This document shows positions 44,600 through 54,697 of a stretch of 64,000 nucleotides of DNA, piece after piece (within the stretch, counting starts at the first letter, position 1; each line of letters opens with the position of its first letter). The notes beneath the pieces are model-generated. The model was not told the DNA's origin. It saw only the letters and a list, made by a program, of their open reading frames with translations, and ran no database searches. A program made the translations under genes and the position numbers. Origin of the DNA: Alphaproteobacteria bacterium (lineage in GTDB: Bacteria > Pseudomonadota > Alphaproteobacteria > JAAXGF01); NCBI GenBank assembly GCA_963555825.3, contig CAUVXB020000002.1, forward strand, positions 2,848,001 through 2,912,000. The letters are read 5' to 3'.

Positions 44600-45703
44600 A
44601 TGCGCATCACCCGCATCACCGTCTGGCGCATCGACCTGCCCTATGTCGGCGGAACGTATTCATGGGCCAAGGACAAGGCGGTATTGGTCGCCGACAGCAC
44701 CGTGGTCCGCCTCGACACCGACGAGGGCGTCTCGGGATACGGCGAGGTGTGCCCGCTCGGTGCCAGCTATCTGCCGTCGTATGCCGAGGGCGCGCGTACC
44801 GGCATCGGCGTCCTCGCGCGCCACGTCATCGGCCGCGATCCGCGCCACATCGGCGCGCTCAATCGCGTCATGGACGACGAGATGCGCGGCCATGCCTACG
44901 TCAAGTCGGCGATCGATATCGCCTGCTGGGACATCCTCGGCCGCGTCGCCGACCTGCCGGTGCATGCACTGATGGGCGGCCGGCAGCAGGACTCGGCGCC
45001 GCTCTATCGCGCCGTCCCGCAGGCGGCGGCCGACGACATGGCGGCGCTGGTCGAACGCTTCCGCGATGCGGGCTACCGCCAGTTCCAGCTCAAGGTCGGC
45101 GGCATGCCAGACGACGACGCGGCGCGCATCCGTACCGTCGCTGAGAGCCTGCGCCCGGGCGAGATCTTGCTCGCCGACGGTAACACCGGCTGGCGTCGCG
45201 ACGAGGCGCTGCGCGTCGCGGCGGCGACCGCCGATCTCGACTACTATCTTGAACAGCCGTGTCTGCGCTACGAGGATTGCCTCGCCGTGCGCCGCGCCGC
45301 CGTCCAGCCGTTCAAGCTCGACGAGACCCTGCAGACACCGGAAGATTTGTTGCGTGCCCAGGCCGACGATGCCTTCGACGTCGCCTCGATCAAGGTTAGC
45401 AAGATGGGCGGGTTGACCAAGTCGCGCTTCGCCCGCGACTTCTGCGCCGCCGTCGGCGCGCCGATGACCGTCGAGGATGTCTGGGGCGGCGAGGTGGTCA
45501 CCGCCGCGCTCGGCCACCTGGTCATCTCGACGCCGCCCGAGGCCGTGCTCAACACCACCGACCTGCACAATTACAATACCGTCCACTTCGCCGCCGGCGC
45601 GCCCGAAGCGCGTGACGGCCGGCTTTGGGTGAGCGACGAACCGGGCCTCGGCGTCACCGTCGACGAGGGTGTGCTCGGCGAACCGGTCGCCATCTATCAA
45701 TAG
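44600..45703 (+). CDS. Enolase superfamily (MLE subgroup), cis-3-hydroxy-L-proline dehydratase-like
   Basis: EVCPLGASYLPSYA, FQLKVGG, DGNTGW, EQP, DE, IKVSKMGG, EDVWGG. Confidence 0.78.
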   Translation: MRITRITVWRIDLPYVGGTYSWAKDKAVLVADSTVVRLDTDEGVSGYGEVCPLGASYLPSYAEGARTGIGVLARHVIGRDPRHIGALNRVMDDEMRGHAYVKSAIDIACWDILGRVADLPVHALMGGRQQDSAPLYRAVPQAAADDMAALVERFRDAGYRQFQLKVGGMPDDDAARIRTVAESLRPGEILLADGNTGWRRDEALRVAAATADLDYYLEQPCLRYEDCLAVRRAAVQPFKLDETLQTPEDLLRAQADDAFDVASIKVSKMGGLTKSRFARDFCAAVGAPMTVEDVWGGEVVTAALGHLVISTPPEAVLNTTDLHNYNTVHFAAGAPEARDGRLWVSDEPGLGVTVDEGVLGEPVAIYQ

Positions 45704-45713
45704 GACTGCGGCC

Positions 45714-46817
45714 GTGCAGATCACCCGCGTCACCGTCTACCAAGTCGACCTGCCGCTGCCCGGCAAGCCGTATCACCTGTCGGGCGGGCGGGTGTTCGAG
45801 ACGCTCGACAGTACCGTCGTCGCAATCGAGACCGACGGCGGCGTGACAGGCTGGGGCGAAAGCTGCCCGTTCGGCACGACCTATCTGCCGGCCCACGCGC
45901 TCGGCGTGCGCGCCGGCATCGCCGAGCTGGCGCCGCATCTGATCGGCGCCGACCCGACGCGCCCGGAACGGATCAACGAATTGATGGACGCGGCGCTGCC
46001 CGGCCACCTCGACGCCAAGTCGGCGCTCGATCTCGCCTGCTGGGACGTCTTCGGCAAGGCCACCGGCCGGCCGGTCTGCGATCTCATGGGCGGGCGCGTC
46101 GCCGGCCCGGTCGACCTCGCCAGCAGCGTCTCGACCGGCAGCGCGGAAGAAATCGTTGCGACCATCGACGGTTTTCGCCGCCAGGGCTATCGCATCCATT
46201 CGGTCAAGGTCGGCGCCGATATCGAGAGCGATATCGCGCGTATCCGCGCCGTCATTGCGGCGCGCCAGGCGGGCGAGGAATACTATATCGACGCCAACGG
46301 CTATTGGACGCCCGGCGCGGCGATTGCCGTGCTCGCCGGTTTCGAGGGCGCCGACGTCATCGTCGAGCAGCCCTGCGCCAACCTGCGCGAGTGCCTGTCG
46401 CTCAGGCGGCGCTTGCGGCTGCCTCTCATGCTCGACGAAATCGTGACCGACGCCGAGGACCTGCTGCGCATCATCGAGGCCGACGCCGCCGACGCCGTCA
46501 ACATCAAGATCGGCCGCGTCGGCGGCCTGACCAAGGCGCGGCTGTTGCGCGACATCGCGGCCGCCGCCGGCCTGCGGCTCTCGATCCAGGAGACCGGCGG
46601 CGCCGACATCGCCTTCGCCGCGACCTGCCATCTCGCGCAGTCGACGCCGGCGCGTGTCCGCCATTCGCTGTGGGACTGCCGCGAGCTCGCCGCCATCACC
46701 ATCGCCGACGGCGCGCCCAAGGCGACAGACGGCGCAGCCGAGGCGACAGACGTCCCCGGTCTCGGCGTCACGCCGCGCCTCGAGACGTTGGGAGACCCGG
46801 TCGCCGTCTACGGTTAG
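45714..46817 (+). CDS. Enolase superfamily (MLE subgroup), proline-betaine racemase/epimerase-like paralogue
   Basis: GESCPFGTTYLPAH, HSVKVG, DANG, EQP, DE, NIKIGRVGG; GTG start. Confidence 0.75.
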   Translation: MQITRVTVYQVDLPLPGKPYHLSGGRVFETLDSTVVAIETDGGVTGWGESCPFGTTYLPAHALGVRAGIAELAPHLIGADPTRPERINELMDAALPGHLDAKSALDLACWDVFGKATGRPVCDLMGGRVAGPVDLASSVSTGSAEEIVATIDGFRRQGYRIHSVKVGADIESDIARIRAVIAARQAGEEYYIDANGYWTPGAAIAVLAGFEGADVIVEQPCANLRECLSLRRRLRLPLMLDEIVTDAEDLLRIIEADAADAVNIKIGRVGGLTKARLLRDIAAAAGLRLSIQETGGADIAFAATCHLAQSTPARVRHSLWDCRELAAITIADGAPKATDGAAEATDVPGLGVTPRLETLGDPVAVYG

Positions 46818-49123
46818 TCGGCGACCAGCGCGGGCGGGTCGAAGGCCCTCACCGTCGGTGCGTCGGCGGCGGCCTTCTCGATCTCGATTAGCGTGGTGTG
46901 GGCGCTTGACCCCTGGGCGAGGCGCGAGGTGCCCTTGTCGAGCGTCAGGACGTTCGGGTTGCCGTGGCGGTCGAGTCCGCCGGGGGCCTCCGGGTCGTAC
47001 CAGGCGCCGGTCGGCAGCACGACGACGCCGGGCCGCACCGCGGCCGACACGCGCGCGCCGGCGAGGCAGGCGCCGCGGTCGTTGAAAAGCCTGACGACGT
47101 CGCCGTCGGCGATGCCGCGGGGACGCGCGTCGTCGGGGTTGATCATGACCGGCTCGCGGCCGGCCACCTTGCCCGCGACGCTGGTTTCGCCGCAGTCGAG
47201 CTGGCTGTGCAGCCGCGTCGTCGGCTGGTTCGAGACCAGGTGGATCGGGAAGGCGGCCGCGTTGCCGAGCCATTCGGCGGGCTCCAGCCAGGTCGGATGG
47301 CCCGGGCAGTCGTCGTAGCCGAAGCCGTCGATTTCCTCGGAGAAGATCTCGATCCGGCCGGACGGCGTCGCCAGCGGATGCGCGGCGGGATCGCGCCGGA
47401 ACTCGGCGTAGATCACCCGCTCGCTGTCGTCGACCGGCAGCACGAACTCGCCGGTCTCACAGAACGCCTCGAAATCGGGCATTTCGATCGCCTGCTGCGC
47501 GACCTGCTGGCGGAAGATGTCGTAGAGGTGGCGCAGCCACGCCGCCGCGTCGCGGCCCTCGGTGAAGCTTTCGGCGACGCCAAGCCGCTCGGCGAGGCCC
47601 GAGAAAACGTCGTAGTCGTCGCGCGCCTCGCCGACCGGCGAAACGGCGCGCTGCATGGCGAAGATATGCGAATCGTTGCTCGCCCGGCCGATGTCGTCGC
47701 GCTCCAGCGTCGTGGTCGCCGGGAAGACGATGTCGGCGTGGCGCGCGATCGGGCTCCACCACGGCTCGTTGACGATCACCGTCTCGGGCCGTTGCCAGGC
47801 CTCGACCAGACGGTTGATGTCCTGGTGGTGATGGAACGGGTTGCCGCCGCACCAGTAGACCAGGCGGATGTCGGGATAGGTCAGGCGCCGGCCGTCGTAG
47901 TCGAAGGGCGCGCCCGGGCTGATCAGCATGTCGGCGATGCGCGCCACCGGGATGAAACTCTCGACCGGGTTGGGTCCTTGCGGCAGGGTCAGCCCCGAGA
48001 CCCGGCGCACCGGATTGCCGATCACCGCCTCGGCGCCGTAGCCGAAGCCGACGCCGCCGCCGGCGAGGCCGATCTGGCCGAGCATCGCGGCCAATACCGC
48101 GGCCATCCAATAGGGCTGCTCGCCGTGGTCGCCGCGCTGCAGCGACCAGGCGAGCGTAATCATCGTGCGCTTAGCCGCCATGCGCCGCGCCAGGGCGCGG
48201 ATCGTGTCGGCGGGGATGTCGCAGATCGCCGACGCCCAATCGGCGTCCTTCGGCGCGCCGTCAGCGCCGCCCATCAGGTAGGGCCGGAATTTCTCGAAAC
48301 CGACGCAGTGGCTGGCCAGGAACGTCGCGTCGTGCAGGCCCTCGGCGACCAGCGTGTGGGCCAGGCCAAGCATCAAAGCGGTATCGGTGTTGGGCCTGAG
48401 CGGCAGCCACTCGGCATCGAGGAAGTCGGCGGCGTCGTCGGCCAGCGGGCTGACGTTGACGAACGCGATGCCGTTCTCGCGGCAGCGTCGCTGCCAGTCG
48501 CGCGTCACGTGGCGGCCGACGCCGCCGGAGTTGACCTGGCCGTTCTTGAGCGGCAGCCCGCCGAACATGACGATGAGCTCACCGTGCTTGGCGATCATTG
48601 GCCACGCGGTCAGCGTGTCGAGCATGTCGATATACTTGCCGCCCAAGACATGGGGCACGATGACCTGGGCGGCGGCGGTCGAATAGCTGTTGACCGCATA
48701 TGTGTAGCCGCCGATCCGATTGAGAAAGCGGTGGAGCTGGCCGACCGCATGATGGAAGCGCCCCGCGCTCGACCAGCCGTAGGAACCGCCGAAGATCGCC
48801 GAATTGCCGTGGCGCTCGACGACCCGGCCCAGCTCGGTGGCGGCCAAGTCGAGCGCCTCGTCCCAGCCGACCTCGACGAAAGGCTCGGCGCCGCGGCCGC
48901 CGCCGTGGTTCTCGGGCCCGCGTTCGAGCCAGCCCCGGCGTACCGCCGGGCGGGCGATGCGCGAGCGGTGGTGGATCGCGTCGCGGAACGACTGACCGAT
49001 CGGCGACGGGTCGGGGTCGTCATGGTAGGCGTGGACGGCGGTGATCGCCTCGCCCTCGACCTCGACGTCATAGGCGCCCCAATGGCTGAACGTGCGGACG
49101 CGCTTGCTCGACTGCCGATCCAT
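46814..49123 (-). CDS. DMSO reductase family molybdoenzyme, BisC-like, no Tat signal
   Basis: SHWG, GGSYGWSSAGRFH, YSTAAA, GGNPFHHHQD, RLHSQLD, GNPNVLT. Confidence 0.88.
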   Translation of the reverse strand: MDRQSSKRVRTFSHWGAYDVEVEGEAITAVHAYHDDPDPSPIGQSFRDAIHHRSRIARPAVRRGWLERGPENHGGGRGAEPFVEVGWDEALDLAATELGRVVERHGNSAIFGGSYGWSSAGRFHHAVGQLHRFLNRIGGYTYAVNSYSTAAAQVIVPHVLGGKYIDMLDTLTAWPMIAKHGELIVMFGGLPLKNGQVNSGGVGRHVTRDWQRRCRENGIAFVNVSPLADDAADFLDAEWLPLRPNTDTALMLGLAHTLVAEGLHDATFLASHCVGFEKFRPYLMGGADGAPKDADWASAICDIPADTIRALARRMAAKRTMITLAWSLQRGDHGEQPYWMAAVLAAMLGQIGLAGGGVGFGYGAEAVIGNPVRRVSGLTLPQGPNPVESFIPVARIADMLISPGAPFDYDGRRLTYPDIRLVYWCGGNPFHHHQDINRLVEAWQRPETVIVNEPWWSPIARHADIVFPATTTLERDDIGRASNDSHIFAMQRAVSPVGEARDDYDVFSGLAERLGVAESFTEGRDAAAWLRHLYDIFRQQVAQQAIEMPDFEAFCETGEFVLPVDDSERVIYAEFRRDPAAHPLATPSGRIEIFSEEIDGFGYDDCPGHPTWLEPAEWLGNAAAFPIHLVSNQPTTRLHSQLDCGETSVAGKVAGREPVMINPDDARPRGIADGDVVRLFNDRGACLAGARVSAAVRPGVVVLPTGAWYDPEAPGGLDRHGNPNVLTLDKGTSRLAQGSSAHTTLIEIEKAAADAPTVRAFDPPALVAD

Positions 49124-49243
49124 TTTTATGCTCACTCCGTCCCGTAACGGAAAAGATGGTACGATTACCATAGATGGGGCGGCAAGGTCGCCGAGGACAG
49201 CGTCGACGTCGGAAACATCCGCGGCCACCGGGAGGGATGCGAC

Positions 49244-49549
49244 ATGGCATCGAAGGGCAACAAGTTCATACGCTGGCTGACTGGCGGCGCGGCGGGCGGC
49301 GCGAAGGACGGCGAGCCCGGCGAGGCGGTCGACTACAACGGCTATACGATCCGACCGGCGGCCAGGACGCACGACGGGCAATGGCTCACGTCCGGGCTGA
49401 TCTCGAAGGAGATCGACGGCGAGCAGAAGGAGCATCATTTCACGCGCGCCGAGACGCACGCCAGCAAGGAAACCGCCGACGCCTACTCGGTCGGCAAGGC
49501 GAAGCGCATCATCGACGAGCTCGGCGACCGCGTGTTCAAGGACGGCTGA
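49244..49549 (+). CDS. HlyU-family small protein
   Basis: VDYNGYTI.P....GQW...G.ISKEIDGE.KEHHF.RA...KAKRIIDE.G. Confidence 0.7.
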   Translation: MASKGNKFIRWLTGGAAGGAKDGEPGEAVDYNGYTIRPAARTHDGQWLTSGLISKEIDGEQKEHHFTRAETHASKETADAYSVGKAKRIIDELGDRVFKDG

Positions 49550-49572
49550 GCGAGGCTCGGAGGGCCCGAAAC

Positions 49573-49983
49573 ATGGCGCAGAACATCACTAAGGGCGTCA
49601 AGGCGCTGGTCACCGAGGCGAGCGCCGGAATCGAGACGCTCACGCTCGATGCGGCCACGGCGCTGCACGGCGACGCCGATGTCGTCTTCATCGACCTGCG
49701 CGACGTGCGCGAGCTGTGGCGCGACGGCAAGGTGGCGGGCGCCGTCCACGTGCCGCGCGGCATGCTCGAGTTCTGGATCGACCCGGCGAGCCCCTATCAC
49801 AAGCCGGTCTTCGCCGAAGACAAACGCTTCGTCCTCTATTGCGGCTCGGGCTGGCGCTCGGCGCTGGCGACCAAGGTGGCCCAAGACATGGGGCTCGCGC
49901 CGGTCTGCCACATCGACGGCGGCTACACCGCCTGGAAGAACGCCGGCCTGCCGATCGAAGACGTTACGCAGCGGCCCGCTTGA
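49573..49983 (+). CDS. Rhodanese-like domain protein
   Basis: IDLRD.RE, PRGMLEFWID, YCGSGWRSAL, GGYTAW. Confidence 0.9.
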   Translation: MAQNITKGVKALVTEASAGIETLTLDAATALHGDADVVFIDLRDVRELWRDGKVAGAVHVPRGMLEFWIDPASPYHKPVFAEDKRFVLYCGSGWRSALATKVAQDMGLAPVCHIDGGYTAWKNAGLPIEDVTQRPA

Positions 49984-51206
49984 AGCTATCGGATCACGCC
50001 CCGTCCGCGCCGATCGGGCCGCGGACGCTGCTCGGCGACGGCCGCTATCGGCGTGTCTGGATCGCCGGCGGCATCGTCGGCACGATGCGTTGGCTCGAGA
50101 TCTTGGTCATCGCCGTCTACGTGCTCGAGGCGACCGGCTCGGCATTCATGGTCGCGCTGATGATGGTGTTGCGTTCGCTGCCGATGTTCCTGCTCGGCAG
50201 CATCTCGGGCGCGATCGCCGATCAGGTCTCCCGCAAGCTGTTGCAGGCGACCGCGCTGATCGTCTCGGCGGTCGTCTCGGCGGTGCTCGGCGTCCTGGCG
50301 CTGAGCGGGCTGATCGAGATCTGGCACATCGGCACCGGCGCCTTCCTGTCGGGCATGCTGTGGTCGTTCGAGTTCCCGGTGCGCCGCACCATGCTGGGCG
50401 AGATCGCCGGCCCGCGCGGCATCGGCGCCGGCATGGCGCTCGATTCGGCGACGACCAACGGCACGCGCATGCTGGGCCCGGCGTTGGGCGGGCTGATCTT
50501 CGAGACCGTTGGCCTGCCCGGCGCCTATGTCCTGGGCGCCGCGCTCTACGGCATCGGCTTCGGGCTTATGGTTTCCCTGCAATACAGCTCGACCGCGGCC
50601 CTGGTGCCGAACTGGAACGTCATCCAGACCGTGCGCGACGGGCTGCGCTACGTGCGCGCCGACCGTGCCATCGTCGGCACGCTGGCGATCACGGTGATCA
50701 TGAACCTGTGGGTCTTTCCGTTCGCCGCCATGGTGCCGGTGATCGGCGAGGCGGAGCTCGGGCTCTCGGCTTTTCCGATCGGCATCTTGATGTCGGCCGA
50801 GGGCACCGGCGCCTTCATCGGCGCGCTGCTAATCGCCAATCTGGCGCGTCCCGCCTGGTTCCGCCGCATCTATCTGTCCGGCTCGTTCCTGGTCGGCTCG
50901 ATGGTCGTCGTCTTCGCGCTCTCGCCGTGGTACGGGCTGTCGCTCGCGCTGTTGTTCATCGCCGGGCTCGGTGCCGCCGGCTTCAGCGCCATGCAGACGA
51001 CCATGATGTTCCTCCAGGCGCCGCCCGAGATGCGCGGCCGGGTGATGGGCGTCGTCTCGGTGTGCATCGGCGCCGGCCCCTTGGGCGTGCTGCACATCGG
51101 CCTGCTGGCGACCTGGTTCGACGCCTCGACCGCGGTGCTGATCGTCGCCATCGAGGGCCTCGCCGCCCTCGCGCTCGCGCGCGCCTACTGGCCCGAGATC
51201 CGCTAG
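49980..51206 (+). CDS. MFS transporter
   Basis: GAIADQVSRK motif A, about 12 TM segments, MRGRVMG; start approximate. Confidence 0.88.
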   Translation: MKLSDHAPSAPIGPRTLLGDGRYRRVWIAGGIVGTMRWLEILVIAVYVLEATGSAFMVALMMVLRSLPMFLLGSISGAIADQVSRKLLQATALIVSAVVSAVLGVLALSGLIEIWHIGTGAFLSGMLWSFEFPVRRTMLGEIAGPRGIGAGMALDSATTNGTRMLGPALGGLIFETVGLPGAYVLGAALYGIGFGLMVSLQYSSTAALVPNWNVIQTVRDGLRYVRADRAIVGTLAITVIMNLWVFPFAAMVPVIGEAELGLSAFPIGILMSAEGTGAFIGALLIANLARPAWFRRIYLSGSFLVGSMVVVFALSPWYGLSLALLFIAGLGAAGFSAMQTTMMFLQAPPEMRGRVMGVVSVCIGAGPLGVLHIGLLATWFDASTAVLIVAIEGLAALALARAYWPEIR

Positions 51207-51252
51207 GTCCCCCGCGGGGCGGAGTCATGGCAAGGCACGTCAGGCGCCTTTG

Positions 51253-51304
51253 AAATGGGTCAATAATGTCCCATTTGGCTATTGAAAATTGGGCAAAAAT
51301 GCCC
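51253..51304. promoter_or_regulatory. Two palindromic operators in the hicAB promoter
   Basis: AAATGGG-N10-CCCATTT (51253-51276) and GGGCA-N4-TGCCC (51291-51304) flanking TTGAAA. Confidence 0.6.
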
Positions 51305-51321
51305 TATATGGTGGCTGCGGC

Positions 51322-51533
51322 ATGACGGGCAAGGAGCTCGAGCGCAGGCTGCGCAAACTCGCTCGCCGTCGAGGTCTCGTCTTCCGGTTCGACGAAAACG
51401 GGGCAAGGGCAGCCACGGTACGTTCCACTTGGGCAATCGGCGCACCACCGTCAAGGACCGCAAGAAGGAGATTGGTGATGGCTTGTTGAGCAAGATGCTC
51501 GACGAGCTTGGGCTTACACGCGACGATTTTTGA
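51322..51533 (+). CDS. hicA: HicA-family toxin, frameshift in an A-run near 51395
   Basis: MTGKELERRLRKL...FDE then, in the shifted frame, RGKGSHGTF...KEIGDGLLSKMLDELGL. Confidence 0.8.
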
Positions 51534-51545
51534 CGGGATTGCCCC

Positions 51546-52040
51546 ATGCTCAAGCGCCGCTTCGTTTATCCGGCCGACTTCACCCCGCAGCCTGCCGGCG
51601 ATATCCTCGTCACCTTCCCCGATTTCGCCTGGGGCGCGACCGATGGAGACGACGAGTCCGACGCCGTCTGGCAGGCCGCCGATTGCCTCGCCGAGGTGAT
51701 CGCCGGCTGCATCGTCGACGGTCTCGACATTCCACTCCCGTCGCGCCGCCGCGCCGGTCAACGCTTGGTCGCTGTGCCGCCGGCGATCGCCGCCAAGGCC
51801 GCGCTCTATTTGGCCATGCGTGACGTCGGCGTGACCAAGGCCGAACTCGCGCGACGCCTTCGCCTTGAACACAAGGCGGTGCGGCGCATGCTCGACCCGC
51901 GGCTGCAGACCAAGCTGCCACGCATCGACGACGCGCTCTGGGCGCTTGGCTATCGCCTTTCGCTCGAACTCGACGCCACCGATGCCGGTGAGGCTAGAGA
52001 CGGCTCGGCCGACGCAACATCGACACGCGCCGCCGAATAG
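51546..52040 (+). CDS. hicB: HicB-family antitoxin with C-terminal HTH
   Basis: YPADF...LVTFPDF..GATDG...A.DCL; VTKAELARRL...RMLDP. Confidence 0.88.
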   Translation: MLKRRFVYPADFTPQPAGDILVTFPDFAWGATDGDDESDAVWQAADCLAEVIAGCIVDGLDIPLPSRRRAGQRLVAVPPAIAAKAALYLAMRDVGVTKAELARRLRLEHKAVRRMLDPRLQTKLPRIDDALWALGYRLSLELDATDAGEARDGSADATSTRAAE

Positions 52041-52074
52041 CGCCGACGCGCCGTCGCCACCTAGCCAAGCCTGA

Positions 52075-52182
52075 TCACGCCATCGGCGGCGTGCCCTTGA
52101 CCGTGACGCGGTCGTGGAAGCGGGTGTCGTCGGGGCCGGTCGCGGGGCCGATCCACTCGGCTTTGTGCAGGGCCTTGAACAT
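52075..52182 (-). pseudogene. 35-codon ORF, possible internally deleted TauD-like remnant
   Basis: Starts 2 bp after the oxygenase stop; ends RFHDRVTVKGTPP, resembling the TauD/TfdA C-terminus. Confidence 0.35.
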
Positions 52183-52184
52183 CG

Positions 52185-53231
52185 TCACTCGCCCGGCGCC
52201 GCCTCGGACGCGCCCAACTTGTCGCGCACGTGCTCGTAGTTCTGGCCGGCGAACCAGGCCATGTACTCGGCATAGGTCGTCGGGCCATAGCGCGGCGGGT
52301 TGTCGGCGCCTGAACAGCCCGGCAGGCATTCCATGACGTAATCGCGCGTGCAGTCGAAGAAGAACGGGATGGCGTAGCGCTCGGCGCCCGCGCGGTTGAT
52401 CACCCGGTGCGGCGTCGACAGGAAGCGGTGGTTCGACCAGCGGTGCATCTGGTCGCCGGTGTTGACCAGGAAACGCCCCGGCGTGATCGGCGCGGCGAAC
52501 CACGCACCGGACCGCGCCTTGATCTCGAGGCCGGGCAGCTCCGACGGCGGCAGGATCGTCAGGATCGAGGAATCGGTGTGCGGCGCCGAGCCGAACTCGT
52601 TGTCCCCGATATCGTCCTGCGGCGTGTAGTGCGACAGGCGCAGCGCGTACTGCGGCTCGGCGAAGGCCTCCTCGAAGAAGCCGGCGTCGAGCTCGAGCGC
52701 CGCGGCGTAGATCGGCATCAGGCTCCGGGCCAGCCCCTCCATGACGTCGCAGTAGCGCACCATCGTCGCGCGGAAGCCGGGCAGGCGCTCGGGCCACTGG
52801 TTGGCCGGCCGGAAGCGCACGCCTGCGACGACGTCGGGGTGGTCGGGCGCCAGGTCGCGCTTGATGAAGAAGGCCTCGTTGAGGTTCGGCTTGGTGTTGC
52901 GGTTGACCTTGGAGCTCCGCGTCGTCGAGCCCTTCATCGGCATGTAGCCGACGTTGTGCTCGTTGGCGCGAAGCGCCATCTTGGCGGCGAGCGGCTGGGC
53001 GTGGAACCGCTGGGCTTGCGCGAACACCGCATCGACCAGCGCCGGGTCGACGCCGTGGTTCTCGATGAAGTAGAAGCCGATACGCTCCAGCGCGTCGCGC
53101 ATCCGCGCGCCGAGCGCCGCGCAAGCGCCTGGCTCGCCGGCCCGATACGGCCCGAGGTCGAGGACCGGAATCTCCTGTGTCTCCGCGCCCACCGCGAACG
53201 GCGCGTCGGTCGTGTCCGGCACTGCGCTCAT
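52185..53231 (-). CDS. Isopenicillin N synthase-like 2OG-Fe(II) oxygenase
   Basis: IPVLDL, GFYFIENHGV, HTD, VNTGD..RWSN..F.STPHRV, RYAIPFF. Confidence 0.92.
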   Translation of the reverse strand: MSAVPDTTDAPFAVGAETQEIPVLDLGPYRAGEPGACAALGARMRDALERIGFYFIENHGVDPALVDAVFAQAQRFHAQPLAAKMALRANEHNVGYMPMKGSTTRSSKVNRNTKPNLNEAFFIKRDLAPDHPDVVAGVRFRPANQWPERLPGFRATMVRYCDVMEGLARSLMPIYAAALELDAGFFEEAFAEPQYALRLSHYTPQDDIGDNEFGSAPHTDSSILTILPPSELPGLEIKARSGAWFAAPITPGRFLVNTGDQMHRWSNHRFLSTPHRVINRAGAERYAIPFFFDCTRDYVMECLPGCSGADNPPRYGPTTYAEYMAWFAGQNYEHVRDKLGASEAAPGE

Positions 53232-53270
53232 GGTCGGAGGGTACACCTAACACGTCCCACGCTTAAAGCC

Positions 53271-54482
53271 TCACGCCCGGCTGCGCCAGGCGCCCTGCGC
53301 GGCGAGGACGGCGAGCAGGAGGATCGCGGCGACCAGCCAGAACATCCAACGCGCCTCGCCGGTGTCGATGATCCAGCCGAACACGGGCGGAGTGATGATG
53401 CCGCCGACGTCGAGGCCGACCGAGACGAAACCGAACACCTTGCCGGTCTGGCCCGCCGGCGTCGCGGCGCGCACGATCAGGTCGCGCGACGGCGCCACGG
53501 TGCCGCTCGCGAAGCCGGCGACCGAGATCAGCGCAATCAGGCCGGCGACCGGCAGCGCCGCCTCGCCGATGACGACGATCAGCGCCGCTGCGGCGGCGAA
53601 GCCGAGCGTCGCGACCAGGGCGTGGCGCTGGGTCCGGTCGGCGATCACCCCACCGACCAGGATACCCGCAGCGCTGCCTACATAGAGCGCGGTCAGCGCC
53701 GTGTTGGCGGCGCCCAGCGTGACGCCGTGGTGCTGAACCAGCGCGGCGACCAGGAAGGTGCCGAGCCCGCCCAGCGCCATTGACAACAGCACGAAGAACA
53801 GGAAGCAGGTCAGGATCGGCATGGTCAGCAGCAGGCGGATGCCGCCGGCGATGCCGCGCTCGGCGCGCGCCGCCGGCCGCGGCGCGTCGAGCGATTCGTT
53901 GCCGCGCTCGAGCAGCCGCCTGTTCATCAGGATGACCAGCGCGACGACCAGCCCGACGGCGCCGACGGCGACCACCCCGGCACGCCAGCCGATGGTCGCG
54001 GCGAAGCCGCCCATCAGCGCTGGGGCGACCGCCCAGCCGACGTGGCCCGAGAAGGTGTGGAAGCCGAAGGCCCGGCCGAGCCGCTCGTAAGGCACCGTCT
54101 TGGCGAGGATCGAATAGTCGGCCGGATGAAAGACCGCGTTGCCCATGCCGGCGAACACCATCAATCCGAGCACCATCCAATAGGACGGCGCCAGGCCGAT
54201 CAGCACGAACGCACCGGCAAGCAGCGCCAGTCCGCCGGCCAGAATGACGACCGGGCCGACACGGTCGACCGCGAAGCCGATCGGCAGCTGGACGACGCCC
54301 GAGGCGATGCTCATGGCGCTGATCAGGAAGCCGAGCGCGGCGTAGGAGACGCCGAACTCGACGTGCAGCAGCGGGAACAGCGGCGGTAGCACCAGCCAGT
54401 AGAAATGGCTGAAGAAATGCCCCGCGCCGACCAGCCCGATGACCTTGGCGCTGCGGTTGTTGACGGCTGTCGTGGCGACCAT
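53271..54482 (-). CDS. MFS transporter (Fsr-like)
   Basis: HFFSHFY, GFAVDRVG, GNAVFHPAD, GGVIADR. Confidence 0.88.
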   Translation of the reverse strand: MVATTAVNNRSAKVIGLVGAGHFFSHFYWLVLPPLFPLLHVEFGVSYAALGFLISAMSIASGVVQLPIGFAVDRVGPVVILAGGLALLAGAFVLIGLAPSYWMVLGLMVFAGMGNAVFHPADYSILAKTVPYERLGRAFGFHTFSGHVGWAVAPALMGGFAATIGWRAGVVAVGAVGLVVALVILMNRRLLERGNESLDAPRPAARAERGIAGGIRLLLTMPILTCFLFFVLLSMALGGLGTFLVAALVQHHGVTLGAANTALTALYVGSAAGILVGGVIADRTQRHALVATLGFAAAAALIVVIGEAALPVAGLIALISVAGFASGTVAPSRDLIVRAATPAGQTGKVFGFVSVGLDVGGIITPPVFGWIIDTGEARWMFWLVAAILLLAVLAAQGAWRSRA

Positions 54483-54697
54483 GGCGCCCTGGCTACCGCG
54501 TCGCGCCACGCGACGCAAGCCGTCTCGGCCGGAAGGCATCGCGGTCGCCTGCTACGCGTTGTGGCTAGCTATACCGATCTATCGTCGCACCGGATGGCGG
54601 TATTCTCGGCAGAGACAGCGGACCAGGTTATTCGCAGGACCGGATAATTCGGATTGAGGGGCGACACGGCACGATAGGCATCACCATGCCGGCCGGT

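Noticed and set aside
43489-46817. Three consecutive genes each exactly 1104 bp
   Set aside because: Two are paralogues of typical length and the MDR match depends on start choice; treated as coincidence
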